From: Hydrolagus colliei
Lineage: Eukaryota
Reading direction: 5' to 3'
DNA: 64,000 nucleotides
Assembly (NCBI GenBank): GCA_035084275.1
Contig: CM068771.1
Coordinates: forward strand, 4,278,001 to 4,342,000
Within the stretch, counting starts at the first letter, position 1, and each line of letters begins with the position of its first letter. Shown here in pieces: positions 1 to 12,614 of this stretch. A model generated the notes under the pieces. It worked only from the letters and a program-made list of their open reading frames with translations. It did not search any database and was not told the origin of the DNA. The translations under genes and the position numbers were made by a program.

Positions 1-257
1 CTCTAGACGTCTCAAAGCGCTTCACAGAATATACTGTAAAGTGAATTGACTGTATATTTGTGGGTGAAACGTGGCAGCCAATTGCGCACAACAGCGACCC
101 CCATAAACAGTCGTGGATTAAAATGACCAATTTTATTATTGTTTTTTTTGGAGGGATTATTATTATGCGTGTGTGTGTGTGTGTGTGTGTGTAGAGCAAG
201 AAAACTTGCCCAAGGTTTCGCCCTGACCTGCCAAGATTCGAACGTAGGTTCAATTCC

Positions 258-650
258 CTCGTCCTCACTTTCAAGGCCATTCACGGCCTTGCCCCAGCCT
301 ATCTCTCTGACCTGCTGTCTCCCTATCAGCCTGCCCGCACCCTCCGTTCAGCATACTCAGGCCTGCTCCGCGTCCAACCATCGGTGGCCTGGCTTTCAGC
401 CTCTCTGCTCCCACACTGTGGAACTCCATCCCGCAGCCCCTCCGCCCTCGCTTCCTCCCTTTCCTCCTTCAAAGCCGATCTCAAGACCTTCCTCTCGACC
501 GCACCTTTGGCTCCCCTACTAACTCTCCTTCCCCTACCCCGACCCTCCCCCACCCCCCACTCGGGTTCCTACCTGACTGTTCAGCGCTTTGGGACATCCT
601 CCCAATGTGAAACGTACTCTATAAGTGCAATTTTATTGTTGTTGTTGTAG
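258..650 (+). mobile_element. L2 LINE 3' end; similar fragments at about 10165-10560 (-), 14130-14370 (-), 23945-24375 (+) and their paralogs
   Basis: GGRAFS..AP.LWNS.P-type decayed coding, followed by the tail GGGACATCCTCCCAATGTGAAA...(GTT)n. Confidence 0.7.
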
Positions 651-1548
651 GTCTCACGCTTGTAAGGCAAGTGCTCTAACAGGACTTCCCAATAACCATC
701 TTAAGCAAGATTAAGCATCTGAACCAAATCAGTCAGGTAATGCAGCATGTAAAATTTTAACTGAAACACTGGACGCTGATAGGAAAGTGCACAGGAGGGA
801 GGGAGGGAGGGATGCATGCATGCATATTAGGAAGGGCGATTTCGTAAGAAAAAAAGCATTTTAAAGATCCCAGATCACTATTCCAACAGAGAAGCCAGTT
901 TGTTCTGCTGTGTGTAAATGCAAAGTACAGTAAAAGCCCGTTTATCCATGACCCGATCAACCATAACTTCCGCATAACCGGCACCGAAAAAAAAAGGTCC
1001 CCATTCAAATAACTAGATCTCGTCCGGTACAATCACGGTAGGGCATCTTTTTCCCTCATATCGGTATTTTGGAATGCTGCTAATAGTGCCTGAAGGTGGT
1101 GCTGTCATTTTTTCCCCTCGCATCGGTATTTCGGTTTTGCTGCCGTTTTGTTCCCTCACATCAGTCATTGTAGAAGATAGACTGTACACCTCTACTCCAG
1201 CATCATGGCTTCAAACCAGGCATCTACCAGCAAAGATGATTTTTAGCTGAATAATAAAGGTCTGTTATTACCTGTCTTTATTTAGTCTATCATTAATATG
1301 GTATGTGTTAAAATAAGTTAATTTTGGGGGAGTTGGGTTTTCGGTGTCGAATCCGCCCGAATATCCGGCATGTCGTTTAACCAGCATTGGCCAGGTTCCG
1401 AGGGTGCCAGATACATGTTGTAAGATCACAGAATTATTCATTATGTTTTATAGTTTGCTAATTATGTCCAAACACAAATCTCTGTGTGTAATTATCTGAT
1501 TTGCTGTTGTAACCACAGATGTGATCTCCATGTGAAGACCCAAAGAAG

Positions 1549-1699
1549 ATGATCTGGAAACACTGTATTCAGGTCCTATGGCTTGTGCTCCCCCTCTCAC
1601 TGGCTGGTAAGGAAACACGTTGTATCTGTTTGATTTCTGTTGGTGTTAAATTGATGAAGGCAAAGGGAGAAACTCTTCAATCTGGGTTGTGACCTGATA

Positions 1700-1730
<31 letters not shown>

Positions 1731-4700
1731 CCTTGCATTTAATATAGTGCTTTTCACATCTTATCGACATCTCAAAGCGCTTCACAGACTATACTGTAGA
1801 GTGAATTGACTGTATATTTGTGGACGAATCACGGCAGCCAATTGTGCACCGCAGGGTCCCACAAACAGTCATGGATTGAAATGACCAATTTTATTATTGA
1901 TATACAGATATATCTTAACATTATAACCTGCTTAACATTGCCTCATCTCAAAGCGCTTCACAGAATATACTGTAAAGTTAATTGACTGTATAATTGACTG
2001 GAAGCCATACTCTTTGGCTCTCGACATCGTCTTCAATCACATGGGATCTCACCTACTCCACCTACCCAACCTGCCCCTAAAACTCTCCGAACTGGTACAC
2101 AACCTTGACGTCGGGTTCGATCCCCAACTGTCCTTCCTCCCCCACATCCGGTCCCTCACCAGCACCACTTTTTTCCACCTCCGACATATAGCCCGTCTCC
2201 GGCAATACCTCACCCCAAAAGCCGCTGAAACCCTGCTCCTTTGCCTTTGGCAACTCTTGGCTGGACTACGCAAATGCACTCCTCGCTGGTCTCCCCACCA
2301 CCACAATCCATAAAATCCAGTTCATTCAGAACCGCCCAAGTTCTCACCCGCACCAAACTTCGCTCCCCTATTACCCCAGTCCTTGCCAGACTTCACTGGC
2401 TCCCTGTCCCGGAGAGGATCGATTTCAAGATCCTCACTCTTGTCTTCAAATCTCTCCACTCCTCTGCAACACCCTACCTCTCTGACCTCTCTCCCCAAAA
2501 CAGCAGCCATTGTCTTCACTCCACCAGGTCTGGCCTTCTCCAGGTCTGGCTTCCTCCTTGTACCCCGATCCCTCCGCTCCACTAATGTCAGCCATGCCTT
2601 CAGTCACTACACCTTGAAGATCTGGAACTCCCTTTCTCACTCCCTTCGCCTCGTCCCCTCCCCTTATGGCTCGGCCTGGGATCCGTTATTGTGAAGCGCT
2701 CTGAGATGCTGTCTGGCATGGAGCACGCTATATAAATCAAAGTTGTTGTTCTTATATTAGTGGGTGAAACACATAGCAGTGTCCCACAAACAGTCGTGGA
2801 TTGCAATGGCCAGTTTTATTATCGGTTTTTTGAGGGATTATTATTAGGCGTGTGGAGTAAGGAAACTTGCCCAAGGTTTTACCCAGACCAGCCTGGATTT
2901 GAACACAGGTCTCACATTTGTAAAGCGAGTGCTCTAACCACTGAACTGCAGGAATCCAAATGCTGGTCATCAATAATAAAATCAGCAATATCAGTATTTG
3001 GTTCTAATTACAGCAGAAGCCCGTTTATCCGTTTTCTCGATGAACCGGCACTTATCCGGAACAATAGCAGTGGACCATTTGTAAACGCATCAATAATAAC
3101 ATAACAACAGAATATTGTATTGGTACTTATTGATAAAATTACTCTCTTGCACTTCTCACCTTCACTAGTAGATGCTGCGCTTGAAGCCACGATGCTGCGG
3201 TTGAGGTTTATAGTCCAGCGATAATGGAGCATGCCAAGCGGGTGAAAAAAACGGAGCGATTTTAAAGCCATAATATTGGCAAGCCAATAATGCTTGCCGA
3301 TAACCCACATTGTCGTGCATGTGCAGTATTTTGGTTTGCCGCTAGTAGAGTCTAGGGCTCTAGAAAGTGAAAAGAGTCTTGGGCTATTGGTTTGCCGCTA
3401 GTAAAGTTGCACGACTTTAAAATTGTGGTACAGTTTTTTTGGCTGCATGTTGCCCGAATATCCAGGAGGCACTTTAACCGGCATTGGCCAGGTCCCACGG
3501 GTGCTGGATAAACAGGATTTTACTGTATTTGATAAACTTGCCATAAATTTCTGTTGGAATTCAGAGCAAGGGTATCATTTACAAATCTTTTATCTTTTCT
3601 TGTGTCTTCCATCTATTTCGCACTAGGCTGCAGATAATCTAGAACTCTAGGGCCTGTGACCTCTACCATTCCAAACTCCGCGACCCCCATCTCCCCCATC
3701 CTCACCCGACTCCATTGGCTCCCCATCATCCAGAGGATCCAATTGAAGATCCTGGTCCTCACATTTAAAGCCCTCCACCACCTCGCCCACCCCCACCCAC
3801 CCTACATCCGTGACCTCCTATCCCCTAATCAACCTGCCCCCCACCCACCATTCCATTCAGCAGGCTCTGGCCTGCTCCACGTCCCCCAACCCACCCACCC
3901 AACCATTGGTGGGCGAGCCTTCAGTCACATTGCCCCAAACTTATGGAACTCCATCCCAAAGTCCCTCCACCTCGTACCCACCCTGGCCTCCTTCAAGTCT
4001 CACCTGAAGAATATCCTCTTCGTTGGACCCATCGGCAACTCCCTCCCACCCCCTGTCCTCAGCTCGGGTCTGAAGCAGTAATTTTCCAGCACCTCGAGAC
4101 GTCCTTCTGATGTGAAAGGCACTATACAAGTGTAATTTTATTGTTGTTGTATTCTTGAACACAATGACACCTCCTCTTCACTTTGAAGCTTGACTGGCCC
4201 ATGAAGTTCAGCAAGATGTTGCCACTTAGAATATTTTCCATTCTGATTCTTTCTTCTTTAGCCTTCTGTTCATGTGTAACAGTATTGTCATCATCATCAT
4301 CATTGCTACTACTGTCTTTGTCAGAATCCTCCTCCTCTTCTTCAACTATCACTGGATCATCAGCATCTAGGTTCACTGCTGGAATGTGATCCAGACGTGC
4401 CCTCCTTGAAGTGGATGCTGTGTGCTGTCTTGGTGATTTGCCTCTGGTCTTTTCATTTGCTATGACTCATTCCCTCTTTTCATGTTCCCAACAAAAATCA
4501 TGGCTATGCAGTTCTTGTGGAACATCCTAGGTCGGTTGTCTAAATTAAATGTTAGTTTGGGATGAAAGATCTCGACTTCAATATTGCTAATCCACACTTT
4601 CATTACACCAATGACTAACAGTGGGTCAATGCTGTGTGCAAAAATGAATACCACCTTTCGCTCACAATATACATTCACAGCATTTTACAGTACAGGTAGA

Positions 4701-7700
4701 CCCAGCTTATGTCGTAGTTTGGTTCTTACAAAGTGCTACTTTAAGCAAAACAATGTGAAGCAAATACATGGGAATGAATGTAACATATAAGATTCTTAAA
4801 GGGCTAGATAAAGTAGGCACTGTTTCCCTGGTAGGAGAATCTATAACCAGGGATCACAGTCTTAAAATGAAGGGTCAGCCTTTTAGAACAGAGTTGAGGA
4901 AACATTTCTTCACTCATAGGGTAATGAATTTATGGAATTCACTCCCCCAGAAGGCTGTAGATGCTCAGTCCTTGAACATTTTCAAGGCTGAGACTGATAG
5001 ATTTTTGAAAAATAGAGGGATTAGGAGATATGGGAATAGGGCAGGTAATCAGAGTTAGGTCAGAAGATCAGCCATGATCTTATTGAATGGCGGAGCAGGC
5101 TCGAGGGCTGAATGGCCTACTCCTGCTCCTAATTCTTATGTACTTATGTAAAAACTGGAGTTAGGAACTTTTGGACATTTTTCGTCAAAATTTTCTTTTA
5201 TAAAAAAATTATACTCACTCCCTGACAGCCTGCCTGGCTCACTCACTCACTGCTGGTCTCACTCGCTGCCGACTGCCTCCCGCTTTCGCTGCCGGCCTGG
5301 CTCTCTAATAGGTCCTAGCTCTATTGTGCCCCCTTTCCACCTGCTGGCGAACAACATAATAGCAAACATCACAACATTAAATGAATATATGTTCCCAATG
5401 TATAAGCAATTTAATAACGAAAAAAACGAGGCAACGTTAAGTGGGATCTATCTGTATATCCTTTGAAGCTCTTTGAGACATCTGTGCAACATGATAATCA
5501 CAAACAATCAGCACAGAATTATACAACAGCAACAAAATTACATTTATAGAGCACCTTTCATGTCTGGAGGAAATCCCAAAGTGCTGAACAGACAGGGGCC
5601 AGGACCTGAGCATAGGGGAATGGTAGGGTGGCGGTATGTATCACAGATCAAAGCCATTCAGGCCATCATGTCTGTGCTAGCTCTTTTAAAAACATTTCCA
5701 AATCAATCTCACTCCTGCGCGCTCTCCCCATCGCCCAACAAACTTGTCCTCCCTAAATAATTATCTATAATGCACTATATGAAACGCAAGGATTATTATG
5801 ATAGGTTCGATTGAGGCTGTAAAAGGGCAACTGCTACTTTATGTCAGAAATAATTAGTATCTCATTGGCTGTCTATTCATAAGAGTTTGCCTGAGTGAGT
5901 GCGGCTGAAAATCCTAACTACTGGTATGTCCATTGTTTGTTATTGAACAGAGAGTTTCACAGTCAGTGGCCCTGGCCATTCTGTCTCAGCCACTGCTGGT
6001 TCCGATGTTGTCCTGGACTGTAAGTGTTCCACAGGCCTGCCTCTAGAGGACGTGGAGGTGAGATGGTTCAGGACAAGATTCAACTTCCCTGTGCACCTAT
6101 ACAGGGAGGGACTTGATCAACTGAGGAGTCAGGATGAAGCCTACAGACACAGAACACAAATGTTTGCAGAGGAATTTATCAATGGCAATGTGTCTCTCAG
6201 ACTGGCAGATGTGCGAGTATCAGATAATGGAAAGTACACATGTTTTGTTTTGTACGCCGGATCATATCAAGATGCACTGGTTGAGTTGAAAGTTATAGGT
6301 CAGTAATGGTTACAAATCATTTTATTTCACGTAATCTGTGTGTACAGATTATTATTTTATTACAAATTCATTATTTGTTAATGCTAAGTTCAAAATTCAA
6401 CTTAATTGAATTAAGTTGCAATTAATGTCATATTTCATTAATGTCATAATATTCCGAATGTTGTAAATGTATCTTTAGTAACGTTACTGCACTGTAATGT
6501 CCTCAGTATAAATGTTATCCAAATCATGTCTCCTGTCTCTTCCAGGCCTTGGCAGTCAGCCTTGGATTCATGTTGAAGGACAACACAATGGTGGTGTGAT
6601 GCTATTGTGTGAATCCAGTGGATGGTTCCCAGCACCAGAGGTTCTGTGGGTTGATGATCAGGGAAACAAATTATCAACACTCAGTAACTGGACAGTCAAA
6701 CAGGATTCTAAAGGTCTCTTCAGTGTTAAAAGCCAAATAGAAATAATCCATTCAACCAACAAGATCAAGTGTCTGATTCATATTTCAGAAAATGAACAAG
6801 AAGGAAAACTCCAAATCTTGGGTTGGTAAACACAGTAAATATTAATGTTGGTCTGAAAAATATGATGTAGATTTATTATAATAACTCTTGCATTTGAAAT
6901 AACACTTTTCACGTTTTCTATGCATCTCAAATTGCTTCACAGAATATACTGTAAAATATATTGGCTGTGTATACATGGGCGAAACGTGGCAGAAAGTTGC
7001 GCACAGCAGTGTCCCTCAAAAAGTTGCGTATTACAATAACCAAGTGTGTCTTTTGGAGGGACTATTATTAGCTGTGCAGAGTAAGGAAACTTGCCCAAAG
7101 TTTCACCCCACCGGGAATCAAACTCACATCTCGCGCTTGTAAGGGGAGTGCTCTAATCACTGAGCTACAGGACTCCATAAAGTATTGTACAGGACTTCAC
7201 TTGATGTGTTGTACAACACATGAAGTGAATATGCATCGGTCTGGATGATACGGTGTATCTAATTTCATCCTTTCAAAATATGAAACTCGTAAGAATTAGG
7301 AGCAGGAGTAGGCCACTCGGTCGCTCGAGCCTGTCCCACCATTCAATAAGATCATGGCTGATCTATTCTAACTCCATCTACCCGCGTTATCCCCATATCC
7401 ATTCATCATCTCCTTTATCTCTCTATTATCCCTCTCATCATCTTTAATAACAACTATTTACATTTGTAAATTGCCTTTCACATCGAGACAACGTCCCAAT
7501 GTGGAAGATGCTATAAAAAGTCAAAGATTTGGTCATGAGCTGGGGGATAGGGTCAGGAGGGATGAAAGGCAGGTGGGTGACCGAATGTATGGTCAAAGTG
7601 GTGGGTGTTGAAGGTGAGAAGGGACAGCCCGAGGTGGAGGGACTGTGGATGGGGTTCCAAAAATACCTCCGTACTCCAGCCCACCCAACCTTCCTGTTAA

Positions 7701-10700
7701 TTATTCAAGCTGCTTATTACGTTAGGAATGAATAAATACTGAATGTCAACGAGACTGAAGCCCTCCCGATTAGCTCCAGTCAGCGCCTTCACACCTCAGG
7801 TACTGGCAGCATCAACCTCCATGGTTGTACATTCCATATCAACAAACCAGTCAGGAACCTAGATGTCTTGTTCTATCCTCAACTGTCTTTCCTCCCCCAC
7901 TTACAAGCCGTGACTCATTCTGCCTTCAATCACCTCCGCAACATTGCCCAACTCCGCCACTAGGTCACCCCTCAGGCCGCTGAAACTGTATCCAATACGA
8001 TACCAGGCTTCACTTTGATTGAAGCCTGTGGTAGCGACTGAGCTATTGTGTGTAATACAGTAACATGGGGGTAAATGGAGGCATTTAGTGTTTGATATCA
8101 GAATAGATGTTTGAATGTATATTTACATTTCTTGACAGATGAGTTCTTCCCCAAAGTGCCAGTGGGTTTGGTGGTCTCCTCACTGCTCTTAGGACTTGCC
8201 ATAATAGTGCTGAGTGTTCTTGTCGTCTACAGTGTAAAACAGCACCGAGAGATCAAAGGTACGTTTCCGTCAGTAACATCCCTCAACTTAACACTGTGTT
8301 ACTGTTTGTGTGAGAATATGCAAGTTCTATAAATCAATTGCTTTCTCCCTTCACTCAGTAACCACCTGGCCTGTTTCATGTCACTGCCCTATTCTTCCCC
8401 CCATCAGCAAGTTAGGCTTTCAACCTATCTGTCCCCACTCTCTGGAACTCAATCCAACTGTCTTTTCGAATCAGTCTTTCCAAATCACTGCCACATCATC
8501 CCATTCTGAAAGATGCTCTATAAATGTCATTTTGTTGTTGTTGTTTAATAGGCCCCCTCTCCCCACTCTCACTGACTCACTGGAGACAATAAAACAGCAT
8601 CTTAGACTACCACAGCTTGGCTAAATTATTAATTATTGCAGTATTATCTCATCGCTCGCTCCTCTCTCCCTTCTCTCGTCGAACGCTCCACTCTTCTCTT
8701 ATCGCTCGCTCCACTCTCCCTTCTCCGCCTAAGGGTGCATCGCGCGAGGGCGGTGAACTCCCATATGCAGACCAACCAGCCAGCGCATATACGCACGTTA
8801 CTCAATAAAGTCACGCATTTTTTCCTTCGCGCATATTTGAGTTCACAATTGAGAAAGTTGCGATCGACGAGTGCCTACTGTAACTGAGTTGAGCTTTATT
8901 CTGTGTAGTTTATCGCTTGTTATTGTTGTAAACAGGTAGTTTGACCACTAAATAATACTGTATTCAATATTGGTTTCTAACAGTTTTGCTTTGTATCCTC
9001 CAGATCTTGAGAAGACAGTTGGTAAGTCATCAAAGTAAAATAACAATCTCATATTATGATTACTCTCACTCACAAGGTTCACACAAATCAGACGTAAGGT
9101 GGTGTTACAACACTTCTGTTTGCCAACAAAAGGCAAAGTTGCTACACTCTCCTGTCAACCTGGGGAAATGCTCATGGGGAGCCAAATCAAATTCAAGGAT
9201 TATTATTGTGGTATAAGGTTAACTTGCAATTCTTTAGCGCTCTCCACGCATGGTAGCATCTCAAAGCACTTAAGAATGGCGGAGCCTGACTGTGGTCTGG
9301 TGGGGCGGTTGGGCCGTAAGCATGTAGGAAAAGGAATGTTTTAAGGCAGGTCTTAAGGGGAGATGGGGAGCAAGGCAGAGGGATTGAAGGAGAGAATCCA
9401 TTGTTTCGGGGGTCGGTCGCTGAATGTATAAAGGTGGAGAGGAGGGAAAGTTCGCTGGGAAGTTGACATGTATATGAGATACATGATAAGAGACTTGAAG
9501 GAGTATATGGATAGGGCAGAACAGCTGCTGTAAGAAAAGATTGCTTTAATAACTCTTACAAACTAGATATTTCACATCATTAACTGTTCATTTTCTTCGC
9601 TTAGACAACAGTGGCTTGTCAATATACACACATTTCAGGGAGGGGGTGGGGTGGATAGAATGAGCAAGTTTGTCAGTAACACAGGGAGTGAGCCAATGAT
9701 GGAGGGATGGAGGAAATGAAAGAAGAAGGTATTGAGAGAGAACAACAACAATATTGCACTTATATAGCGCTTTTCACGTCGGGAGGACGTCCCAAAGTGT
9801 CTCCCAAAACAAGGGAGTGATTTGGGAGCTACATAAGGTTTGATCACTTCTCTCTTGGTTCTAGGGTGGAAGAGGATTTGTAGGTGTGCAGGTAAGAGTC
9901 TAACTGCTAAAGGAACCTGACTCCCCCCCAACCACCCCGCCACACACTTACATGCCCTCCCCACCCCCCACCCACCCCCCACACACATGAACTCAATCCC
10001 CACCCAGACACATACTCCCGCTGAGGGTGGTGTGGGAGTATGTGATGGTATCTCACACACCATCACATACCCCCACACCACTCACACACACTCACATCTC
10101 TCTCCCACACACACCATCAAATCCCCCCGACACACACATCACCTCACACCACACCCCCCACACAACAACAAATATTACATTGATAGAGCGCCTTTCACAT
10201 TGGGAAGATGTCCCAAGGCGCTGAACAGTCGGGTCAGGACCCGAGCAAGGGGGAGGGGCAAGGTGGGTGGGGGGAGGGGAGGGAGAGAGTTGGGAGGGCA
10301 GCTGGAGGCACTGACCAAGAGGAGAGTCTTGAGACTGGCCTTGAAGGAGGTGAAGGGGAAGTGAGGTGAAGGGACTATGGGATGGAGTTTCAGAGTGTGG
10401 GGGCAGAGGCTGAAAGCCCGGCCACCGATGGGAGGGCAGATCAAGCGGAGAACATGGAGCAGACTGGAGCCCGGGGTAGGCAGGTTGATAGGATGTCAGC
10501 TGGTCAGAGAGATAGGAGGGGGCAAGGTAGTGAATCATCTTGAAAGTGAGGACAACACAAACACCCCCCCCACAATGCACATAACCTCACAAGCCTCCAA
10601 CACAACTCTCCCTCCTCCCCCCGCCCCCCCCACAAACACACACACACACACACCCACAAACACCCTCGCATTCCCTCCCAACACACGCCCTCACATCTTC

Positions 10701-12614
10701 CCTCTGGCCCCCCCACCGCTGCACACATCCTCACTTCCCCTCACCTCCACACACCCTCATGTCTCCCCCCACAACACACATAGTCACATCTCCCGCACAC
10801 ACCCTCAAACAACACTCCTCACACAAACCTCCACATAACCCACAAACACCCTTACAGCTCTCCCCCCCACACCTGCAAATTGCTCAGCCAAACACACCCT
10901 CATATTCCCCCCACCAAACACACTCACACCCGAACCCTACACACCCTCAGTCACAACTCCCCCACCACACACATCCTTGCATTCCTCACCCACACATATA
11001 CACATATCCCCCCATACACACCCTCATATCCCCTCCACACACATCAAACTCCACCCACTAAACCCTCACATAACCCTCACATCCCCACACACACAGCCTC
11101 ACATCCCCCTCACCCACACACCCTCACATCCCCCCTACACACACACACCCTCACATCCCCCCTACACACACAGCCTCACATTCCCCCTCACCCATAAACC
11201 TTCACATCCCCCCTACACACACACACCCTCACACCCCCCCTACACACACACACCCTCACATCCCCCTCACCCACACACCCTCACATCCCCCTCACCCACA
11301 CACCCTCACATCCCCCCTACACACACACACCCTCACACCCCCCCTACACACACACACCCTCACATCCCCCTCACCCACACACCCTCACATCCCCCTCACC
11401 CACACACCCTCACATCCCCCCTACACACACACACCCTCACATTCCCCCCAACACACACCCTCACATCCCCCCTACACACACACACCCTCACATCCCCCCT
11501 CCACACTGACACACCCCAGTCCACACACACCCTCACATTCCCCCCTCCTCCCCCCCCCAACACACACCCTCACATTCCCCCCTCCTCCCCCCCCCAACAC
11601 ACACCCTCACATCCCATCACACACTCACCCCCAACACACACCCTCACATTCCCCCCTCCTCCCCCCCCCAACACACACCCTCACATTCCCCCCTCCTCCC
11701 CCCCCCAACACACACCCTCACATCCCATCACACACTCACCCCCAACACAAACATTTCCCACCCCCACACATGCTCATAATCCCCTCCAGACTTACATCAT
11801 CCCCACACACCCTCACATCCCACCCCTCACACACACCCTCACATCCCACCCCTCACACACATGCACATCACCCCCTCTTCCTCTCCCCTCCACACACACC
11901 CCCCACATCACCGCCCAACTCGTCCCCCTACCCCCCCCCCCCCCCCCACACCCACAGACTCTGAGCCTTTGTGTTGGATTCTGTTCCCAGGAGATGTCAG
12001 TGTTTGACACAAAGGCTTCTCTCCCGAAGCTGAAGATCATCTTATTGATAATTGTCAATGTGTCCGACATTAATGGTCTGGTTCTCACTCTAGTTACAGT
12101 CACTCTGGATCCTGACACAGCCCATCCCCGGCTCATCCTGTCTGAGGACCTGACCAGTGTGAGACTCGGAGACACATGGCAGCCGCTCCCTGACACCCCA
12201 AAGAGGTTTAGTGTCTATGCCATTGTCCTGGGGTCTGAGGGCTTCACATCAGGGAGACATTACTGGGAGGTGCAGGTGGGGAACAAGACAAGGTGGATTG
12301 TGGGATTGGCCAGAGAGTCTGTCAACAGGAAACAACCAATCACATGGTCACCAGAGGGCGGGGTCTGGGGGGTGGAGCTGAGGGGCGGGGCCTATGAGGC
12401 TCTGACGTCACCCCCCACCCCCCTGCCCCTGACAGTGAGACCCGGGAAGGTCGGAGTTCACCTGGACTATGAGGGGGGACAGGTGTCAGTTTACGACGCT
12501 GATCACATGTCTCATCTCCACACCTTCACCCAAACTTTCACTGAGAAACTCTATCCTCTCTTCAGTGTCTGGAGTGGTTCTGAGCCTCTGACAATCTGCC
12601 CAGTGACTGGTTAA
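1549..12614 (+). CDS. Butyrophilin-like receptor, copy 1, complete, 455 aa; exons 1549-1606, 5951-6298, 6546-6821, 8139-8258, 9004-9021, 9865-9891, 12094-12614
   Basis: Signal [19 protein letters not shown]; IgV (LDC...VRWFR...DNGKYTC); IgC ([16 protein letters not shown]); [21 protein letters not shown]; micro-exons DLEKTV and GWKRICRCA; B30.2 [10 protein letters not shown]...GRHYWEV...[10 protein letters not shown]. All introns GT-AG and phase 1. Joined CDS is 1368 nt and open. Confidence 0.9.
2014..2750 (+). mobile_element. L2 LINE 3' fragment
   Basis: [14 protein letters not shown]...[15 protein letters not shown]; (GTT)n tail. Confidence 0.8.
3011..3525. mobile_element. Tigger-like MITE, second family; truncated relative at 928-1413
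   Basis: TA-CAGCAGAAGCCCGTTTATCC ... GGATAAACAGGATTTTACTG-TA. Confidence 0.75.
3656..4150 (+). mobile_element. L2 LINE 3' fragment
   Basis: [22 protein letters not shown]...[16 protein letters not shown]. Confidence 0.8.
4150..4600 (-). pseudogene. cwc15: Processed pseudogene of spliceosome factor CWC15, inside the signal-IgV intron of BTN copy 1
   Basis: Minus-strand translation Q Y*SRDL...[15 protein letters not shown]...[21 protein letters not shown]...FKVKRR matches CWC15 as I recall it. No introns; several in-frame stops. Confidence 0.88.
4693..5454. mobile_element. Older inverted member of the same MITE family, with nested CR1
   Basis: TA-CAGGTAGACCC ... GATCTATCTG-TA; interior matches the reverse complement of 13609-14124. 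Confidence 0.75.
4787..5149 (+). mobile_element. CR1 LINE 3' fragment
   Basis: ORF2 C-terminus YKILKGLD...[14 protein letters not shown]...FKAETDRFL; tail CCTACTCCTGCTCCTAATTCTTATG. Confidence 0.85.
8639..8880. mobile_element. Degenerate CpG-rich MITE (paralogs 31248-31494, 58185-58431)
   Basis: Imperfect TIR CAGTATTATCTCATCGCTCGC vs reverse complement CAGTAGGCACTCGTCGATCGC. Confidence 0.45.
10560..11960. repeat. C/A-rich low-complexity satellite (CACACACCCTCACATCCCCC-like) in the last BTN intron; paralogs about 33370-34405 and 60105-61170
   Basis: Almost G-free on the + strand; length differs between copies. Confidence 0.9.

Noticed and set aside
8909-8935. 27-nt AG..GT candidate extra BTN micro-exon
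   Set aside because: In the required phase 1 it contains TAA, and the donor GTAGTT is weak.
10977-12093. 545-aa His/Pro/Thr-rich ORF fused to B30.2
   Set aside because: The G/T-poor satellite rarely produces stops. The frame is not kept in the other copies and a proper phase-1 acceptor exists at 12093.
11991-12093. Upstream acceptor extending the B30.2 exon (EMSVFDTK...)
   Set aside because: Phase-1 joining gives an immediate TGA; the 12093 acceptor fits the family pattern.
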